Shown one piece after another: positions 56,923 to 58,400 of a stretch of DNA of 58,400 bases. This stretch comes from Candidatus Hermodarchaeum yapensis. GTDB taxonomy: Archaea; Asgardarchaeota; Hermodarchaeia; Hermodarchaeales; Hermodarchaeaceae. Below the pieces are notes generated by a model, which saw nothing but the letters and a program-made list of their open reading frames with translations, was not told the DNA's origin and searched no databases. The position numbers and the translations under genes are program-made. Position 1 is the stretch's first letter; each line of letters starts with the position of its first letter. The stretch lies in assembly GCA_016840405.1 (NCBI GenBank), contig JAEOSK010000017.1, positions 1 to 58,400 of the forward strand, read 5' to 3'.

Positions 56923-58400
56923 TTGACCGTGACCCGCATCAAACTCTTCCCGCTGGCATTGACTCTCTGTCTCTTCTTTGCCTTAGCTTCCCCCCTCTTT
57001 ATCATGCCAGCTTTACAAACCCAAGCTAATACCGACACGGGTATAACTTCACACCGAAGCACACCACTCGACTATGATTTTCGAGTGCTTAATGAAACCG
57101 TGCACGTCTTCCCACAAATTGATGCCTCGGTCATCATCAATTACTCGATTACCTTTCGCAATTATGGTTCTCAATTCGACTGGGTCGATATCGGACTGCC
57201 CAACTCCTACTATGTCCTCTCATCGTTCCGCGCCTTCTGGGCCCTCAGCAACAATTCCTTCACCGAATGTACCACGATTGAACCCTCCGAAGTCATCGAC
57301 ATCGGAATCCAAATCGCAATACCCGGTGGTCTTCAACCCGGTTATGATGAAGAAGGGACCCTCCTCGTCTGGGGCCGACAACAACAGATGGTCTACCTCG
57401 ACACTGACCCCGAAACCCCCGGCTACGTCGGTTACCAATTCGTCCCCACCTGGTACGACGCCCCCTACAACCGTGGCACCGACTACCTTGCTTGTCACCT
57501 CCACTTCCCCGACGGCTTTAACAACGGCACCCTCGCCAAATACCATTACACTGCGCCCACCAGCTTCTACTGGACGAACACCAGCCTCGTCTACGCCTGG
57601 GAATACACCAATCTCGATAACTACCAGGGCATCCTCCACGGCATCAGCTTCCCCTACGACGAAGCCTACATCACCACCTACTACACCACCGGCGGCATTA
57701 CGAACTTTACCGATTTTCTTTTGGAAAACATTGAACTCGTCATCGTCGGCCTCGTCGTCGTCCTCTTCTTAGCCTGCTGCGCCATCGGCATCATCCAAGC
57801 CCGCCGCCACGCCGCCACCGGCGCCCCCCTCCTCGGCAAACGCGGCTACCTCCCCCCCGCCGTCAAAGTCGAAGCCCTCGGCGTCCGCCGCGGCCTCACC
57901 GTCGTCGAAGCCGCCGTCCTCAACGAAGTCCCCTTACACCGCGTCTTCACCATGATCACCTTCGGCCTCCTCAAAAAAGGCCTCATCACCGTCCAACGCG
58001 CCGCCAACCCCGGCAAACCCACCTTCCACAAAAACGAGAACGCCATCGCTAAAGCCGCCCGCGACCGCGGCCGCCTCCACTACTACGAACGTCTCTACCT
58101 CAAAGCCATCACCCCCGCCGGCAACTTGCACAAAACCCAGATCAAAACCATGCTCAACACCCTCATCAAAACTACTGCCCGCAAACTCGAAGGCTACAGC
58201 CGCACCGATACAAAGGTTTTCTACACCCGCATGATCGACCAAGCCTGGAAACACATCGACGTCGCCCAAACCCCCAAAACCCAATCCAAGGCCCTCGACG
58301 AATACGCCGAATGGCTCCTCCTCACCCCCGACTACGAACGCCGCATCAAACACTACCCCACCTACCACGTCCCCACTTGGTACTGGTGGTGGATCTGGGC
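56923..58400 (+). CDS. 3'-truncated large membrane protein (signal peptide, extracellular beta domain, TM, cytoplasmic domain; DUF2207-like). Missing from the ORF track.
   Basis: Frame 1 from TTG 56923 or GTG 56929 reads KLFPLALTLCLFFALASP..INYSITFRN..DWVDIGLPN..LVIVGLVVVLFLACC..YLPPAVKVEALGVRRGLTVVEAA..FGLLKKG..PTWYWWWIW and runs off the window edge. Confidence 0.88.
   Translation, partial: MTVTRIKLFPLALTLCLFFALASPLFIMPALQTQANTDTGITSHRSTPLDYDFRVLNETVHVFPQIDASVIINYSITFRNYGSQFDWVDIGLPNSYYVLSSFRAFWALSNNSFTECTTIEPSEVIDIGIQIAIPGGLQPGYDEEGTLLVWGRQQQMVYLDTDPETPGYVGYQFVPTWYDAPYNRGTDYLACHLHFPDGFNNGTLAKYHYTAPTSFYWTNTSLVYAWEYTNLDNYQGILHGISFPYDEAYITTYYTTGGITNFTDFLLENIELVIVGLVVVLFLACCAIGIIQARRHAATGAPLLGKRGYLPPAVKVEALGVRRGLTVVEAAVLNEVPLHRVFTMITFGLLKKGLITVQRAANPGKPTFHKNENAIAKAARDRGRLHYYERLYLKAITPAGNLHKTQIKTMLNTLIKTTARKLEGYSRTDTKVFYTRMIDQAWKHIDVAQTPKTQSKALDEYAEWLLLTPDYERRIKHYPTYHVPTWYWWWIW

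Noticed and set aside
57074-58368. Track ORFs 57074..57772(+), 57220..57639(-), 57846..58046(-) and 57934..58368(-)
   Set aside because: They are shadows of the real frame-1 gene starting near 56923. The C-rich bias removes stop codons and produces S/T/P- or G/V-rich artefacts.

Overview
An archaeal chromosomal segment, probably Asgard or Bathyarchaeia/TACK. This is inferred from the long eukaryote-type topoisomerase IB, single-OB-fold SSBs, a double-HTH Lrp/AsnC regulator, and TATA-like promoters with many apparently leaderless genes. It holds about 60 CDSs; I see no rRNA, tRNA, CRISPR array or transposase. Recognisable modules: (1) a reductive pyrimidine catabolism cluster (hydA, nitrilase-type beta-ureidopropionase, class III aminotransferase, preA with no preT in the window) followed by ferritin-like, ferredoxin and redox genes; (2) a DUF134 / NifX-like / MinD-ferredoxin / radical SAM module with three copies of a clear TG-N10-CA palindromic operator; (3) Topo IB and hexulose-6-phosphate synthase; (4) assorted transporters, hydrolases and methyltransferases. 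Less explained signals: a five-copy hairpin plus T-tract family (GGGAGGY-NNN-GCCTCCC-NN-TTTTCTCTTTTTT), two copies of which have no upstream gene to terminate; a ~65 bp direct repeat flanking one gene; three SSB paralogs, two with RGG tails and shared leader and 3' RNA architecture; two colinear all-helical ~380 aa orphan paralogs; an isolated VirB2/CedA-like pilin candidate; and strong G/T skew at the left end versus C/A skew at the right end. The right end also carries a long ORF absent from the supplied track. All family calls come from reading motifs by eye; no searches were run.
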